Source: Desulfatiglandales bacterium (lineage in GTDB: Bacteria; Desulfobacterota; DSM-4660; Desulfatiglandales; HGW-15). From it: a stretch of DNA of 64,000 nt. This document shows, in pieces, positions 38,949 through 50,744 of the stretch (positions are counted from its first letter, which is position 1; each line of letters opens with the position of its first letter). The stretch covers positions 992,001 to 1,056,000 of the forward strand of contig CAXXJJ010000004.1 in NCBI GenBank assembly GCA_963667015.2, given 5' to 3'. The notes beneath the pieces were generated by a model. That model had not been told where the DNA came from, did no database searches, and saw only the letters and a program-made list of their open reading frames with translations. Made by a program: the position numbers and the translations under genes.

Positions 38949-40872
38949 ATGAAAAAATACATACTGAACAATACAATGAAATTAATTACTTTATCAAAAT
39001 CAAAACGGTATTTTCGCTCCCTTCTGTTACTTTTGTTTTCATTATCACTTCTTTCTATCATTTCAGGATGTTCTGCTAAATATCATCGGACCAAGGCAGA
39101 TAAAACCGCTTTATCTATAATCAAAAAGGCACAGGAAGATATCCTGGGAAAATCCGATGATTTAAGCATCGAGAGACCAAGTGATATCCTGAGGCGACGC
39201 TTACTAACCGAACAGGAACTGGCCATATATGGAAACGAGTCACTTGGTACAGATGCACTTGAAAAGATAAAACACTGGCCCGAAAAAAATTACCCTGCGC
39301 CTGTAACATCGCCAGGATGAAAAGATTGAAATACCATTAGACAGGAAACCGCTTTCAATCAACTTTTTTCAGGCGCTTAAGATTGCAGCGGAAAACAGTT
39401 CGGATTACCAGTCACAAAAGGAGACCCTGTTCAGGTCAGCCCTTACTCTTGATCTTAGCAGAAATGACTATTCCTTTATTGGAAAGGCTAATGGTGATTC
39501 AACCTACAGTCTTAATAAATCAAGTGGTACTGACGTAAAGGGCGTGGAAAACAGTGGAACCGTTGGGCTCAGTAAAACTATCAAGTACGGCGCAAAATTT
39601 GCGACAAACCTCACAGTTGATCTTGTAAAGCTTTTAACAGCGCCTAAAGATTCAGCATTTGGAATTGCCGCAGATGCATCTATAAGTATTCCGCTCCTGA
39701 GAGGATCAAAATCCTATATAAAAGCAGAAAATCTTACACAGGCGGAACGAAATGTTGTCTATGCTGTATATGATTTTGAACGATACAAGAAGACTTTTAC
39801 AGTTAACATTGCATCGAATTACTTCAGTGTACTCAGTCAGATTGATCGGATGGAGAATTCTGAGCAAAACTATAAGAATGCGATCTCTTCCGCAAGAAGG
39901 ACACGCAGGCTGGCAGACGCGGGAAGGATTACTCAAATTGAAGTAGATCAGGCAATACAGAGAGAGCTTACTGCCAGAAACGGATGGATTTCTTCAAGAG
40001 AACAATACAAAAACCGGCTTGATTCATTTAAACAGCTTTTAGGCCTTCCTTCGGATTCATTTATTGAACTTGACAGGTCCTATCTTGAAACCCTCCGTGC
40101 TTATGTCTCAAAAATAGTGCCCGTTACTGATATAGAAAATGTATCCGAAGCGTCAGGGGAAATTCCTCCTGCAGACGCTCCAATAGAGCTTAAAGAGCCG
40201 GACATATCAAACAGAGGCCCAATGGAACTGGATGAAGCCGAGGCCATAATGCTCGGGTTAGAAAACCGTCTTGATCTAAAGGTTAGTGAAGGTAAAATTT
40301 ATGATGCCCAGAGGGCTGTGATTATAAAGGCTGATGCACTTGGAGCCGAACTGAGCCTTCTTGGACAGGGCCGTGCAGGAGAATCGCGCTCTCTGGGATC
40401 GGCTGGCATGGAGGATGGTAAACTGCGCCCTGACCTGGGAGTCTACAGCGCTGTTTTAAGCTTTGATCTTCCAATTGAAAGATCTGCTGAACGAAAGGCA
40501 TATAGAGAAAGTTATATATCACTGGAATCTGCTGTACGTAGTTTTCAAAAACTTGAAGATGACATCAAGCTTTCAATACGGCAGAATCTTCGTTCAATGT
40601 CAGAGGCGAGAGAAAGTTTAAGAATTCAAAAACTTGCAGTATCCGTAGCAGAAAGGAGATACGATAGCACAACGCTCTTTTTTGATGCAGGTCGTGCGCA
40701 GCTTCGTGATGTTCTTGAAGCGCAGGAGTCACTCCTTACCGCAAAAAATTCATATACTTCGGCGGTAATTGACTACAGGGTTGCTGAACTTGAGTTCCAG
40801 CGAAATACTGGTTTGCTTGAAATTGATAATAACGGACTAATGGTGGAGTACACTCCGGGGGGTAATAACTAA
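38949..40872 (+). CDS. TolC-family outer-membrane efflux lipoprotein, frameshifted near 39313
   Basis: Lipobox ISGC in the first ORF. The frame QDEKIEIP...ALKIAAENSSDYQ runs continuously into the 39544 ORF, which has OEP repeats. Confidence 0.85.
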
Positions 40873-43020
40873 TGTTAATCAAAAATTATAAAGTTAAAAA
40901 TCTCAAAAACCTTGCAGATCTCAAAAATCTTAAAGGCCATATAAATATTGAAAATATTAAAGAAAAGCCGATACAGTATGGTATCGCAGGGGCAGTGGTC
41001 TTAGTATTTTTTATTATATTCCTGTCTTTAATATTCGGCGGTGGAGATGATAGCAGGAGTGGCTCAAGCTTTAGAGCAAAGAAAGGCCCTTTACGAATAA
41101 GCATAACTGAATCAGGTACTATTCAGACAAAAGAGAAGATCACAGTTAAAAATGAAGTTGAAGGAAATACCTCCGTTATCTTCATTATTGATGAAGGAAC
41201 AAAAGTTAAAAAGGGAGATCTCCTTGTTGAGCTTGATTCAAGCAACCTTGTAGATCAGAAAATTGATCAGGAAATAAAGGTTCAAAACGCTGAAGCATCA
41301 TTTATAAATGCACGAGAAAGCCTTGCTGTTACTCAAAACCAGGCTAAAAGCGATGTAGATAAGGCACAGCTTGCGTTTGACTTTGCCAAACAGGACCTTG
41401 ATAAATACATAGAAGGTGAATATCCCAATCAATTGACACAGGCTGAAAACAAAATAACACTTGCGGACGAAGAATATAAACGGGCACAGGATAAGCTTGA
41501 TTGGTCCAAAAGACTATTTGATGAAAATTATCTCTCAAAGAGCGAACTCGAGGCAGATGAGCTTGCTGAAAAACAGAAGAAATTAAACCTGGACATGGCC
41601 AGGCAGGATCTGGACGCTTCTTAAAGAATATAAGCATGCAAGAGAGATGGCCCAGCTTAAAAGTGATGTTGAACAGGCTGAAATGGCCCTTGAAAGAACC
41701 AAAGAAAGGTAAAAGCCGATATTGTCCAGGCAGAAGCGAATCTTAAGGCCAAGGAAGCTGAATTCAACAGACAGAAGGACAAGCTTGAAAAAATTGAAAA
41801 GCAGATTAAAAAAACAAAGATTTACGCGCCGGCTGACGGCCTTGCCTTATATGCAACAAGCACAGAACGCAGGGGCAGGTTTGGTGGTTCGGATGAACCT
41901 CTTAGCGCAGGTTCAACGGTCAGGGAACGTCAGGAATTAATAACCCTGCCCACCACAACGGGATATAATGCAGAAATCGATATTTTTGAGTCAAGTCTTG
42001 ATAAAGTGAGACCCGGTTTACCGGTTGTGATTACAGTCGATGCATTACCAGGGGAACGTTTTATGGGAAAAGTTGTCAGCGTTGCCCCAGTACCGGATGC
42101 AGAAGCAAATTTTATGAGCCCTGATCTGAAATTATATCCTACTCTGATAGATATTCAAAACAGCGATAATATTGACCTGCTTAAATCAGGCATGAGTTGT
42201 GAGGCAGAGGTAATTGTAGCACAGTACGAAGAGGCTGTTTATGTGCCTATACAGGCAGTAATAAGGGTTAATAATAAACCCACTGTGTATATCGGAGATG
42301 GGGACAATCCCAAACCAAGAGAGGTTGAAATAGGCCTGGACAACAACCTGATGATTTGTATCAATAAAGGCCTTGAAGAGGGTGAAGTTGTATCACTTAA
42401 TCCTCCGCTGTCACAGGCTGTTTTAACGGATGAAGGCAACACCTTAATTGAAGGATTAACGATTCCGGCAATGGCTCAATCCGAGAATAGAGCTGGCGCC
42501 AATCCGGCTAACGCAGGAGGAGCCAGAGGAAACAATCCCTCATCCGGGTTAAGCGGAGGTGCTCCGGGTGGTTTTGGAGGTGGAGGGATGCCGTCAAAAG
42601 AAGATATGATAAAACGAATGGATCAAGACGGTGACGGCAAAATAGCAAAAAGCGAAATGAGGTTTGGCGCTGAGAGATTTGACGAGATGGATAAAAACGG
42701 CGACGGTTTTGTAACAGCTGACGAGTTTGAAATACCATCATTCGGCGGAGGAGGAGGCAACCAGGGAAATATGCGTATGCCCTCAGCGGATGAAATGTTT
42801 AAAATGAGTGATCAGAATGGAGATGGCAAAATAGAAAAAAGTGAAATGAGGTTTGGCGCTGAGGGATTTGACGAGATGGATAAAAACGGCGATGGTTTTA
42901 TTGAAAAAAGTGAATTCCAGATGCCCTCATTTCCGGGAGGTGGCCAGGGTAGATCTGGCGGTCCTTCCAGGCGGTATGCAGGGTGGAGGATTTAATGGTT
43001 TTCCCGGAGGGGGCCAATGA
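40872..43020 (+). CDS. Efflux periplasmic adaptor (MacA/HlyD-like) with a Gly-rich linker and four C-terminal EF-hand motifs; frameshifts near 41620, 41705 and 42965
   Basis: TM anchor, EGTKVKKGDLLVELD, IYAPADG, VYVPIQAV, and DxDGDGxxxxxE-type loops four times. Confidence 0.82.
42654..42899 (+). repeat. Intragenic direct repeat encoding a duplicated EF-hand pair
   Basis: 42654-42710 and 42843-42899 match at 55/57 nt, with a 189-nt period. Confidence 0.85.
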
Positions 43021-43715
43021 TAAAAGAGCAATCAGAAGGTGATCCTGTAATAAAACTCGAAGATGCCTACAAGATTTACCCAATGGGATCCGAAGAGGTA
43101 AGGGCCCTTAATGGAGTAAATATCTCAATTAAAAAAGGCAGCTTCTGGGCGATCATGGGGCAGAGTGGTTCAGGTAAAAGCACAATGATGAACATTCTGG
43201 GATGCCTGGACCGTCTTACTAAAGGCCGTTATTTTCTTGAAGGTGAAGATGTAAGCCAGCTTGACGATGATGCCTTGAGTGAATTCAGACTGCGTCATCT
43301 CGGTTTTATATTTCAGAGCTTCAATCTTATTCCTCAGTTGTCCGTGCAGCGTAATATTGAGTTACCACTCTATTATCTGGGCTGGGAGGCAGAAGAAAGT
43401 GCTGAGCGGGCTATAGAAATGGCAAGTCGTGTAGGTCTTGGAAACCGTCTTGATCATCGCCCTACAGAACTTTCCGGAGGACAGATGCAGCGTGTTGCAA
43501 TCGCAAGGGCACTTGCAGGTGACCCGCAACTTCTCCTTGCAGATGAACCGACAGGAAACCTTGATTCTGCAACCGGAGATCAAATTATTGAAATGCTGAA
43601 AGACCTGAACGAACAGGGTAAAACTATTATTATGGTTACCCATGAACCGGATATAGCTGAAAACGCCAAAAATATACTTATAATGAAAGACGGCGTAATC
43701 GAAAGAATAGAATAA
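43017..43715 (+). CDS. ABC transporter ATP-binding protein (MacB/LolD-type)
   Basis: [39 protein letters not shown]. Confidence 0.95.
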   Translation: MIKEQSEGDPVIKLEDAYKIYPMGSEEVRALNGVNISIKKGSFWAIMGQSGSGKSTMMNILGCLDRLTKGRYFLEGEDVSQLDDDALSEFRLRHLGFIFQSFNLIPQLSVQRNIELPLYYLGWEAEESAERAIEMASRVGLGNRLDHRPTELSGGQMQRVAIARALAGDPQLLLADEPTGNLDSATGDQIIEMLKDLNEQGKTIIMVTHEPDIAENAKNILIMKDGVIERIE

Positions 43716-43716
43716 A

Positions 43717-45009
43717 ATGAATACTAAACTATTTACATCTAAATCAAAATTTTATCGTGATGTACGCCTGGGAATTGAAAACCTGCTTTTACATAAACTG
43801 CGTTCCTTTCTAACGGCGCTTGGTGTTATTTTTGGTGTGGGCAGTGTTGTTGCAATGCTTTCTGTTGGAGAGGGCGCAAGTAAAAAGGCCCTTGATGAGA
43901 TAAAAAAAGTCGGAAGTAATAATATCATTATCAGCTCCATGAAGCCAAGAGAAGATGATAATAACGCCTCAATGGGCGGTCACCCCAGTGCAGTTGTATA
44001 CGGGTTAACCTATAAGGATTTTGATCGGATCAAAGGAACATTTACCACCTTACAGACTACTGTTCCGGTAAAAGAGGTCCGAAAAGAAGGAAGAATGGGA
44101 GAAAGGACGCTTGAACTCAGGGTAGTCGGTACAAATCCGGACTGGTTTGAACTTGTAAAAAGGCCGCTTGAGGTAGGAAGAGTACTTCTGGAGTCAGACA
44201 TGTCCCAGCGTTCTTCAGTAGCAGTGTTGACCGAATATGGCGCAAGGCGCCTGCTTGCTACCAGGAATTCAGTAGGAGAAAACCTATCAATTGGTGAAAA
44301 CAGTTTTAAGGTTGTTGGAATAGTAAAAAGCGAATCAAATACAGGTACAGATATTCAACTCCCGGACCAGGAAGTTGATGCATACATACCTTTAGAAGTG
44401 GCCAGACAATACTATGGCGATATAGTTATGAAACGTACATCCAGTTCCATGGAAATAACTTCGGTTGAACTCAGTAAAATTATTGCGCAGGTAGATGATA
44501 TAACAAATGTTGAATCTACTGCAAAGGGCATTGAAACAATGTTAACTAAATTTCATAGCAAGCAGGATTATGAAATGAGTGTGCCCCTTGCAATGCTGCG
44601 CCAGGCCCAGGCCACAAAAAGGACCATGAATATTGTTCTGGGCTCAATTGCCTGTATCTCTCTGCTTGTCGGTGGTATCGGTATTATGAATATCATGCTT
44701 GCATCAGTCACAGAAAGAACACGTGAAATAGGGATAAGGCGCGCGATAGGAGCCAAAAAGAAACAGATCATCGTGCAGTTTCTTATTGAAACAGTAGTGC
44801 TTTCTACAATAGGAGGGATTCTCGGACTCGGTCTGGGCATAATGATACCATTTTTTATACAACTATTTTCAGGAATGCCTACAGTAATAACGCCATTCAG
44901 TATTATGCTTCCTTTTTTTATAAGTATTGCTATTGGAATATTCTTCGGATTCTATCCTGCCAAAAGGGCAGCGGAAGTTGACCCTATCATTGCACTCAGG
45001 CATGAGTAA
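43717..45009 (+). CDS. ABC transporter permease (MacB/FtsX-type)
   Basis: KLRSFLTALGVIFGV, GGIGIMNIMLASVTERTREIGIRRAIGA, YPAKRAA.VDPI.ALR. Confidence 0.95.
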   Translation: MNTKLFTSKSKFYRDVRLGIENLLLHKLRSFLTALGVIFGVGSVVAMLSVGEGASKKALDEIKKVGSNNIIISSMKPREDDNNASMGGHPSAVVYGLTYKDFDRIKGTFTTLQTTVPVKEVRKEGRMGERTLELRVVGTNPDWFELVKRPLEVGRVLLESDMSQRSSVAVLTEYGARRLLATRNSVGENLSIGENSFKVVGIVKSESNTGTDIQLPDQEVDAYIPLEVARQYYGDIVMKRTSSSMEITSVELSKIIAQVDDITNVESTAKGIETMLTKFHSKQDYEMSVPLAMLRQAQATKRTMNIVLGSIACISLLVGGIGIMNIMLASVTERTREIGIRRAIGAKKKQIIVQFLIETVVLSTIGGILGLGLGIMIPFFIQLFSGMPTVITPFSIMLPFFISIAIGIFFGFYPAKRAAEVDPIIALRHE

Positions 45010-45128
45010 TAAATAACTCCTGTAAATAAATATTGAATTCCGGATCATATTTATCATATGATTTGGAGTTCTTTTTATATTTTATTTATGCAGCTATAGC
45101 ATTAAATACACACCCAAGAGGAGATATT

Positions 45129-46418
45129 TTGCAATCAGATTCAACCTCATCAGGCTCCAATAATAATAGCAACTCTCAGACACACCCTAATAATAGTATA
45201 CTATACAGATATAACGCCCTCAAATCATTACAGTATGTTGACTGCCGCTGGCTGATGCTGGGTAATTTTGCCTCTTTTATGGCAATCGGAATGCAGCAGC
45301 TTACAAGGGCATGGCTTATACTGAGACTCACGAATGATTCGCCCCTTGCTCTGACATTTGTCACAATGGCCTTTGCTCTTCCCATGACCGTTGTCTCTCT
45401 GCTTGGAGGTGCACTGGCTGACAGAGTACCTAAACGTAAATTGATGATGATAAGCCAGGCAGTTACTTTTTTTATGATACTGATCCTGGCTACGCTTGAT
45501 TATACTGGCCTTATCAGGTTCTGGCACCTCATTGTAATAGGAGTAATCAACGGATCCACGGTTGCGGCAAGCATGCCGAGCAGGCAATCTATTATTTCAG
45601 ATATTGTCCCTGAAGAAGATGTAATGAGCGCAATTGCCCTCGGTAATTCTGTAAATAACGCCACAAGGATTTTCGGTCCGTCGCTTGCCGGAGTTTTAAT
45701 TGCTTTCATTGGCACGGCAGGGGTTTTTTACCTGATTGCAGTGGTTCAGTTAATCGCTTTATTTTTCACATATCTGCTTAAAACAGGAACAGAGGCAACA
45801 GGTAAAAGCAAAAAAGGTTTTGCAGGAGATATTGTGGAAGGATTCAGATATGCAAAGACCAATCCGGTTATGCTCGGCCTAGTTCTTCTTTCACTTGTGC
45901 CGGCAATCTTCGGGTTTCCATATATCACTCTGCTTCCTGCATGGGCAAGAGAGGCGCTTGATGCAAGGTCAATCGACATGGGTGGGCTGGAGGCAGCCAT
46001 GGGCATCGGTTCACTGCTTGGCACACTTCTTCTTGCATCAATCAGGCACATTCGGAACAGGGGGGTATTTCTTATAATTAACGGATTTGCCTGGGGTCTG
46101 GCGCTTCTATTGTTTTCAAGATGCGGATCCTACCATACAGCCTATCCGGGCATCTTTATCGTAGGTTTCATGAGCTCTATATTTATGGCCCTGAATAATA
46201 CCCTTATGCAGGTTAAATCATCTGATGAAATGAGGGGAAGGATGGTAAGCCTCTCAATGATGACCTTCGGAATCATGCCATTAAGCGCTGTACCATTCGG
46301 TATACTTGCAGAGCATATTGGCACGCCTCACTCATTAACAGTAGCCGGCGCTCTGCTATGTGTTTTTATTATATTCTTCTATATATTTTCATCAAACTTC
46401 AGGAAGGTAGCACAATAG
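45129..46418 (+). CDS. MFS transporter (EntS/MFS_3-like)
   Basis: GGALADRVPKRKL, RIFGPSLAG, MRGRMVS. TTG 45129 follows GAGGAG. Confidence 0.9.
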   Translation: MQSDSTSSGSNNNSNSQTHPNNSILYRYNALKSLQYVDCRWLMLGNFASFMAIGMQQLTRAWLILRLTNDSPLALTFVTMAFALPMTVVSLLGGALADRVPKRKLMMISQAVTFFMILILATLDYTGLIRFWHLIVIGVINGSTVAASMPSRQSIISDIVPEEDVMSAIALGNSVNNATRIFGPSLAGVLIAFIGTAGVFYLIAVVQLIALFFTYLLKTGTEATGKSKKGFAGDIVEGFRYAKTNPVMLGLVLLSLVPAIFGFPYITLLPAWAREALDARSIDMGGLEAAMGIGSLLGTLLLASIRHIRNRGVFLIINGFAWGLALLLFSRCGSYHTAYPGIFIVGFMSSIFMALNNTLMQVKSSDEMRGRMVSLSMMTFGIMPLSAVPFGILAEHIGTPHSLTVAGALLCVFIIFFYIFSSNFRKVAQ

Positions 46419-46422
46419 GGCT

Positions 46423-47148
46423 CTACCCCAGATATCCGCTCCACTGTTCTGCCGTATCCCTGATATACCCTTCAGGTACTTCTGTCATAATCCTGTTATG
46501 CCCGGGAAGAAGCATATCTATTTCAAGCCCTGCAAGGCGGTAAAGTGAATTCCTTTGCTGAGAAGGATCAGCACCATGGAGATCGAACCGCCCGATAGAG
46601 TAATCTGCATAAATCACATCTCCCGGAATCAGGATTTTTTGACAGGATTCATACAGTGCAATGGCACCGGCAGAATGACCGGGAATATGCAGTATTTCCC
46701 ATGTCATATCCCCTATTTCAAGCACATCATTATCGTTCAGTTTTCTATCGACATTAAATTTAAACATCCCGTCTTTGAGACCGTACTGGCTCTGACACAT
46801 ATTCCTGAACATATCCATACCGTATACGGTCCTTTCATCGCCCTTTTCCAGGGGCTCGGCCTCTGCAGTATGGACCCATAACTCAAGACCTGGAATTTCC
46901 TCCTTTATCTCAGGAAGACAGCTTATATGATCCATATGTGTATGGGTCATGATAACCCTTTTTATCTCATTGATATCAATACCCAGCCCTTTAACAGCAT
47001 CGAGTTTATATTCACCCTTGCCCGCAAGCCCGGCATCTATCATTGAAAGATCACCGGAGCCTGGTTTGCCGACTATATAGACATTTGAATCAGGTATCAT
47101 GTCATCCCGACCTTCAATAAAATATACACCTTCAGCCACTTTAGTCAT
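46423..47148 (-). CDS. MBL-fold metallo-hydrolase
   Basis: THTHMDH, PGHS, GD, PGH. Confidence 0.92.
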   Translation of the reverse strand: MTKVAEGVYFIEGRDDMIPDSNVYIVGKPGSGDLSMIDAGLAGKGEYKLDAVKGLGIDINEIKRVIMTHTHMDHISCLPEIKEEIPGLELWVHTAEAEPLEKGDERTVYGMDMFRNMCQSQYGLKDGMFKFNVDRKLNDNDVLEIGDMTWEILHIPGHSAGAIALYESCQKILIPGDVIYADYSIGRFDLHGADPSQQRNSLYRLAGLEIDMLLPGHNRIMTEVPEGYIRDTAEQWSGYLG

Positions 47149-47242
47149 GAGTTGCTCCTTTTTATATGTATTGTCTGTTCAGCTGTAAAAAACCGGTATT
47201 TCCGTGCATGGAATGAAGTGGTATGGGAAGATATTGCTTGCC

Positions 47243-48010
47243 TTATTCTTCCATCATCCTCTTATGCCATTCTACCACTTCGCTGTATGGTATATTGCCG
47301 CCGAATATATCAAGACTGCTGCCTATGGTTGCGTTTACCCTTCCCTTACCGAGTTGATGTATAAGATCCATATCTGACAATAACTTTACCCCCCCGGCAT
47401 ATGTAACGGGAATGGGGCAACAGTCACCAAGTATCTCCACCAGATCTTCCTCTATACCCTGTCTTTTTCCCTCTACATCAACACCATGCACCAGGAACTC
47501 ATCACAGTATTCTGACAGGGTCTTGAGGGTATTACTGTTAACAGTAACTTCGGTAAACCTCTGCCAGCGATCAGTCACAACATAAAATTCATCTTCTCTT
47601 TTCCTGCAGGAGAGATCAATAACAAGCCTATCTCTTCCGACAGTTTCTACTATCTTCTCCAGGTGATCGTTGCTGATTTTGCCTTCGGAAAACAGGTACG
47701 AGGTAACAATTACATGACTGGCACCCGCCTCAAGGTATTCTCTGGCATTGTCAGGATTTATCCCCCCCCCGACCTGAAGTCCTCCAGGGAAGGCATTGAG
47801 GGCAGAAATCGCAGCATTATTGTTTCCTGATCCAAGGGATATGACATGTCCGCCTTTAAGAGCATCCTCCTTATACATTCTGGCAAAGTCAGCAGAAGAG
47901 CGTTCTGTCTCAAAATTTATCTCCGTTGTACTCTCATCATCCTTGAGGCTTCCACCCACTATCTGGACGACTCTGCCATTACGAAGATCTATGCACGGCC
48001 TGAAACCCAT
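47243..48010 (-). CDS. hisA: ProFAR isomerase, eukaryotic His6-type HisA
   Basis: FRPCIDL.NGRVVQIVGG, LQVGGGI, LVIDLSCR, VVTDRWQ, EFLVHGVDVEG, TIGSSLDIFGG. Confidence 0.9.
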   Translation of the reverse strand: MGFRPCIDLRNGRVVQIVGGSLKDDESTTEINFETERSSADFARMYKEDALKGGHVISLGSGNNNAAISALNAFPGGLQVGGGINPDNAREYLEAGASHVIVTSYLFSEGKISNDHLEKIVETVGRDRLVIDLSCRKREDEFYVVTDRWQRFTEVTVNSNTLKTLSEYCDEFLVHGVDVEGKRQGIEEDLVEILGDCCPIPVTYAGGVKLLSDMDLIHQLGKGRVNATIGSSLDIFGGNIPYSEVVEWHKRMMEE

Positions 48011-48237
48011 ATTTACCTGAGGTCTCCTTTCGACTGTTACAGGTTTTACTAACTGATTTACTTCAATATTTAAAAAGTAGCATACAAAAAGATTACAGTC
48101 ACTTGAAAAAGCAATAATGCATTGACACACTCTATCCCATCCCATATACTCCATTCCCATATTTTTTCAAATAATACAGAAAATAAAATTATTGCACAAC
48201 CATGATTAACTCAAATAATTTAACAAGTTAGGAGGAA

Positions 48238-49617
48238 ATGATGCAGACGAACACAATCTTTCTGAGCCCGGATGAAATGCCACGGCAGTGGTACAATATT
48301 CTGGCAGATATTAAAATGAATCCCCCGCTGGGACCGGACGGAAAACCAATCAGCCCGGACATGCTGGCACCTGTTTTCCCAATGAATCTCATTGAACAGG
48401 AAGTCAGTACAGAAAGGTGGATAGATATACCTGAAGAAGTTTTAAAAATATATTCTATCTGGCGTCCGTCACCACTCATTCGCGCAAAGAATCTTGAAAA
48501 GGCCCTTGGGACCACAGCAAAAATCTATTACAAGAATGAGAGTGTCAGTCCTGCAGGAAGCCACAAACCCAACACTGCTGTCCCCCAGGCATACTACAAC
48601 AGGGAATTCGGCATTAAAAAACTTACAACCGAAACAGGTGCCGGTCAGTGGGGAAGCGCCCTCTCCTTTGCATGCAGCCAAATCGGTCTTGAATGCAAGG
48701 TATTCATGGTTCGTATAAGCTTTGACCAGAAACCCTACAGAAAGGCAATGATGCAGGCATGGGGCGGGAAATGCATAGCAAGCCCCAGCATTGAAACAAA
48801 CGCAGGCAGGGCGATACTTGAATCTGACCCGAACACGCCCGGAAGCCTTGGCATTGCCATAAGTGAAGCGATAGAAGCGGCTGTAAGCGATACAAGCGGA
48901 CAGACCCGCTATTCCCTGGGGAGTGTTTTAAACCATGTAATGATGCATCAGACAGTAATAGGCCTTGAAGCTAAAAAGCAGCTTGACAAGGTAGGAGAAT
49001 ATCCTGATATCATAATAGGTTGTGCTGGCGGCGGAAGCAATTTTGCAGGTATTGCATTTCCATTTGCCTGTGACAAGATCAACGGTAAGGAAGTCACAAT
49101 ATATCCAGTAGAGCCCCTAGCATGCCCAACGCTTACCAGAGGTCCTTTTGTATATGATCATGGAGATACGGCAAGATATACACCTCTTCTTCCAATGCAC
49201 AGCCTTGGTCATGCATTTGTTCCACCACCGGTTCATGCCGGTGGTCTTCGCTACCATGGCATGTCACCGATTGTGAGCCAGCTTGTTTCCGAAGGATTGA
49301 TGGAACCAAAGGCGGTTTCCCAGCTTGATGCATACAAGGCAGGAGTTCTTTTTGCAAGGACTGAGGGTATTATTCCTGCTCCGGAATCAAACCATGCCAT
49401 TGCACAGGTAGTAGCAGAAGCCAACAAGGCAAAAGAAACAGGGGAAGAAAAGGTTATCCTGTTTAACCTCAGCGGTCATGGTCTTCTTGATCTTGGCTCA
49501 TATGAAAAATATTTTGCAAATGAGCTGGAGAATTTTGAACTTACAGATGAAGAACTGGAAAAGTCAGAGTCTGTTTTCAAGGATTTCCCCAAACCTGAGC
49601 TTCTAAAGAGTATTTAA
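48238..49617 (+). CDS. trpB2: TrpB2 (TrpB-like PLP-dependent tryptophan synthase beta paralogue)
   Basis: [48 protein letters not shown]. Confidence 0.93.
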   Translation: MMQTNTIFLSPDEMPRQWYNILADIKMNPPLGPDGKPISPDMLAPVFPMNLIEQEVSTERWIDIPEEVLKIYSIWRPSPLIRAKNLEKALGTTAKIYYKNESVSPAGSHKPNTAVPQAYYNREFGIKKLTTETGAGQWGSALSFACSQIGLECKVFMVRISFDQKPYRKAMMQAWGGKCIASPSIETNAGRAILESDPNTPGSLGIAISEAIEAAVSDTSGQTRYSLGSVLNHVMMHQTVIGLEAKKQLDKVGEYPDIIIGCAGGGSNFAGIAFPFACDKINGKEVTIYPVEPLACPTLTRGPFVYDHGDTARYTPLLPMHSLGHAFVPPPVHAGGLRYHGMSPIVSQLVSEGLMEPKAVSQLDAYKAGVLFARTEGIIPAPESNHAIAQVVAEANKAKETGEEKVILFNLSGHGLLDLGSYEKYFANELENFELTDEELEKSESVFKDFPKPELLKSI

Positions 49618-49637
49618 CTTCAAATAAATTTGCAGAC

Positions 49638-49683
49638 ATGTCACTGTAATTTTGATTTTATGTTTCATCGATTACAGTGACAT
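49638..49683. promoter_or_regulatory. Perfect 13-bp inverted repeat (terminator or operator) between trpB2 and the channel gene
   Basis: atgtcactgtaat-N20-attacagtgacat. Confidence 0.45.
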
Positions 49684-49726
49684 AACTGATATCAATTCTA
49701 TAACTATTTTTTTGGAGGAAAAAGTT

Positions 49727-50692
49727 ATGAAATTAAAAAACATTTATATAATGATTCTTGGCCTGGTTATGATATGTTCAATCCCCATGTCTGCAGTAGC
49801 CTATGATCTGCCGTCAGTGAATCTTGGTTTTACCAGTTTTCTTGATGGAGCTCCACCCTCAGGACCTGGACTTTATTTACAGGAGTATGTGCAATACTGG
49901 ACAGCAGATAAATTCACAGACATGAATGGCAATGCACTCTTGCCGCCTTTTGCCGGAGAGGAACTGGATGCATGGATCTGCCTCAACCAGATCACCTACC
50001 AGTCAAACGACGTGCTTATGATGGGCGCAAAATGGGGAATTGACGTTATTATTCCCTTTGCAAAGCTTGATATGAGCTACGATAATTTTGTGCCAGGTTT
50101 CCCTGAGACAAACTCGGGGCTGGGAGATATCTGGGTAGGTCCGTATATTCAATGGGATCCGATTATGGGCAGTAATGGACCAAGATTTATGAACAGGTTT
50201 TCACTGGGATTTATATTACCGGTAGGAAGCTATGACAGTAACAGAGCAATTAATGCCGGCAGCCATTTTTTCTCATTCAATCCCTACTGGGCTGCTACTT
50301 ATTTTGTAACACCAAAATTGACAGTATCCACAAGGATCCATTATCTGTGGAACAGTAGAAATAATGACCCAAATATTTCACTTGTTTCAGAGGGAGTAAC
50401 AGGAATACAACCAGGTCAGGCTATACATCTGAATTTTTCTTCAGCCTATGAAGTATTGCCCAATCAGTTCCGTGTAGGCATTAATGGTTATTATTTAAAA
50501 CAGATTTCAAGTAGCAAATATAATGGAATTCCCCAGGCAGGCGTAAGAGAAAAAGTATTTGCAATAGGCCCCGGCCTGCTTTATTCATTTAATAAAGACG
50601 CACACCTATTCCTCAATATGTTTTTTGAAACCGGCGCTGAAATGAGACCGGAAGGAGAACGCATTACTGCAAGGTTTGTGTATCATTTCTAA
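49727..50692 (+). CDS. SphA / Phenol_MetA_deg (COG4313) family outer-membrane beta-barrel
   Basis: Signal peptide, NLGFTSFLDG, GLGDI, PVGSYD, INGYYLKQ, IGPG, and a C-terminal Phe. ATG 49727 follows GGAGG. Confidence 0.82.
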   Translation: MKLKNIYIMILGLVMICSIPMSAVAYDLPSVNLGFTSFLDGAPPSGPGLYLQEYVQYWTADKFTDMNGNALLPPFAGEELDAWICLNQITYQSNDVLMMGAKWGIDVIIPFAKLDMSYDNFVPGFPETNSGLGDIWVGPYIQWDPIMGSNGPRFMNRFSLGFILPVGSYDSNRAINAGSHFFSFNPYWAATYFVTPKLTVSTRIHYLWNSRNNDPNISLVSEGVTGIQPGQAIHLNFSSAYEVLPNQFRVGINGYYLKQISSSKYNGIPQAGVREKVFAIGPGLLYSFNKDAHLFLNMFFETGAEMRPEGERITARFVYHF

Positions 50693-50705
50693 TATTCTTT
50701 ACCAG

Positions 50706-50744
50706 AAAAAAAGGGGCACGAGTATATTTAGTGCCCCTTTTTTT
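50706..50744. terminator. Bidirectional intrinsic terminator between convergent genes
   Basis: A7-ggggcac...gtgcccc-T7. Confidence 0.75.

Noticed and set aside
39318..39320. TGA ending the first TolC fragment as selenocysteine
   Set aside because: The coding sequence continues in another frame and a second TGA follows two codons later. A frameshift explains it.
42654..42899. Direct repeats as a CRISPR array
   Set aside because: Only two copies, in frame within a coding region, and no cas genes. No CRISPR array was seen anywhere in the window.
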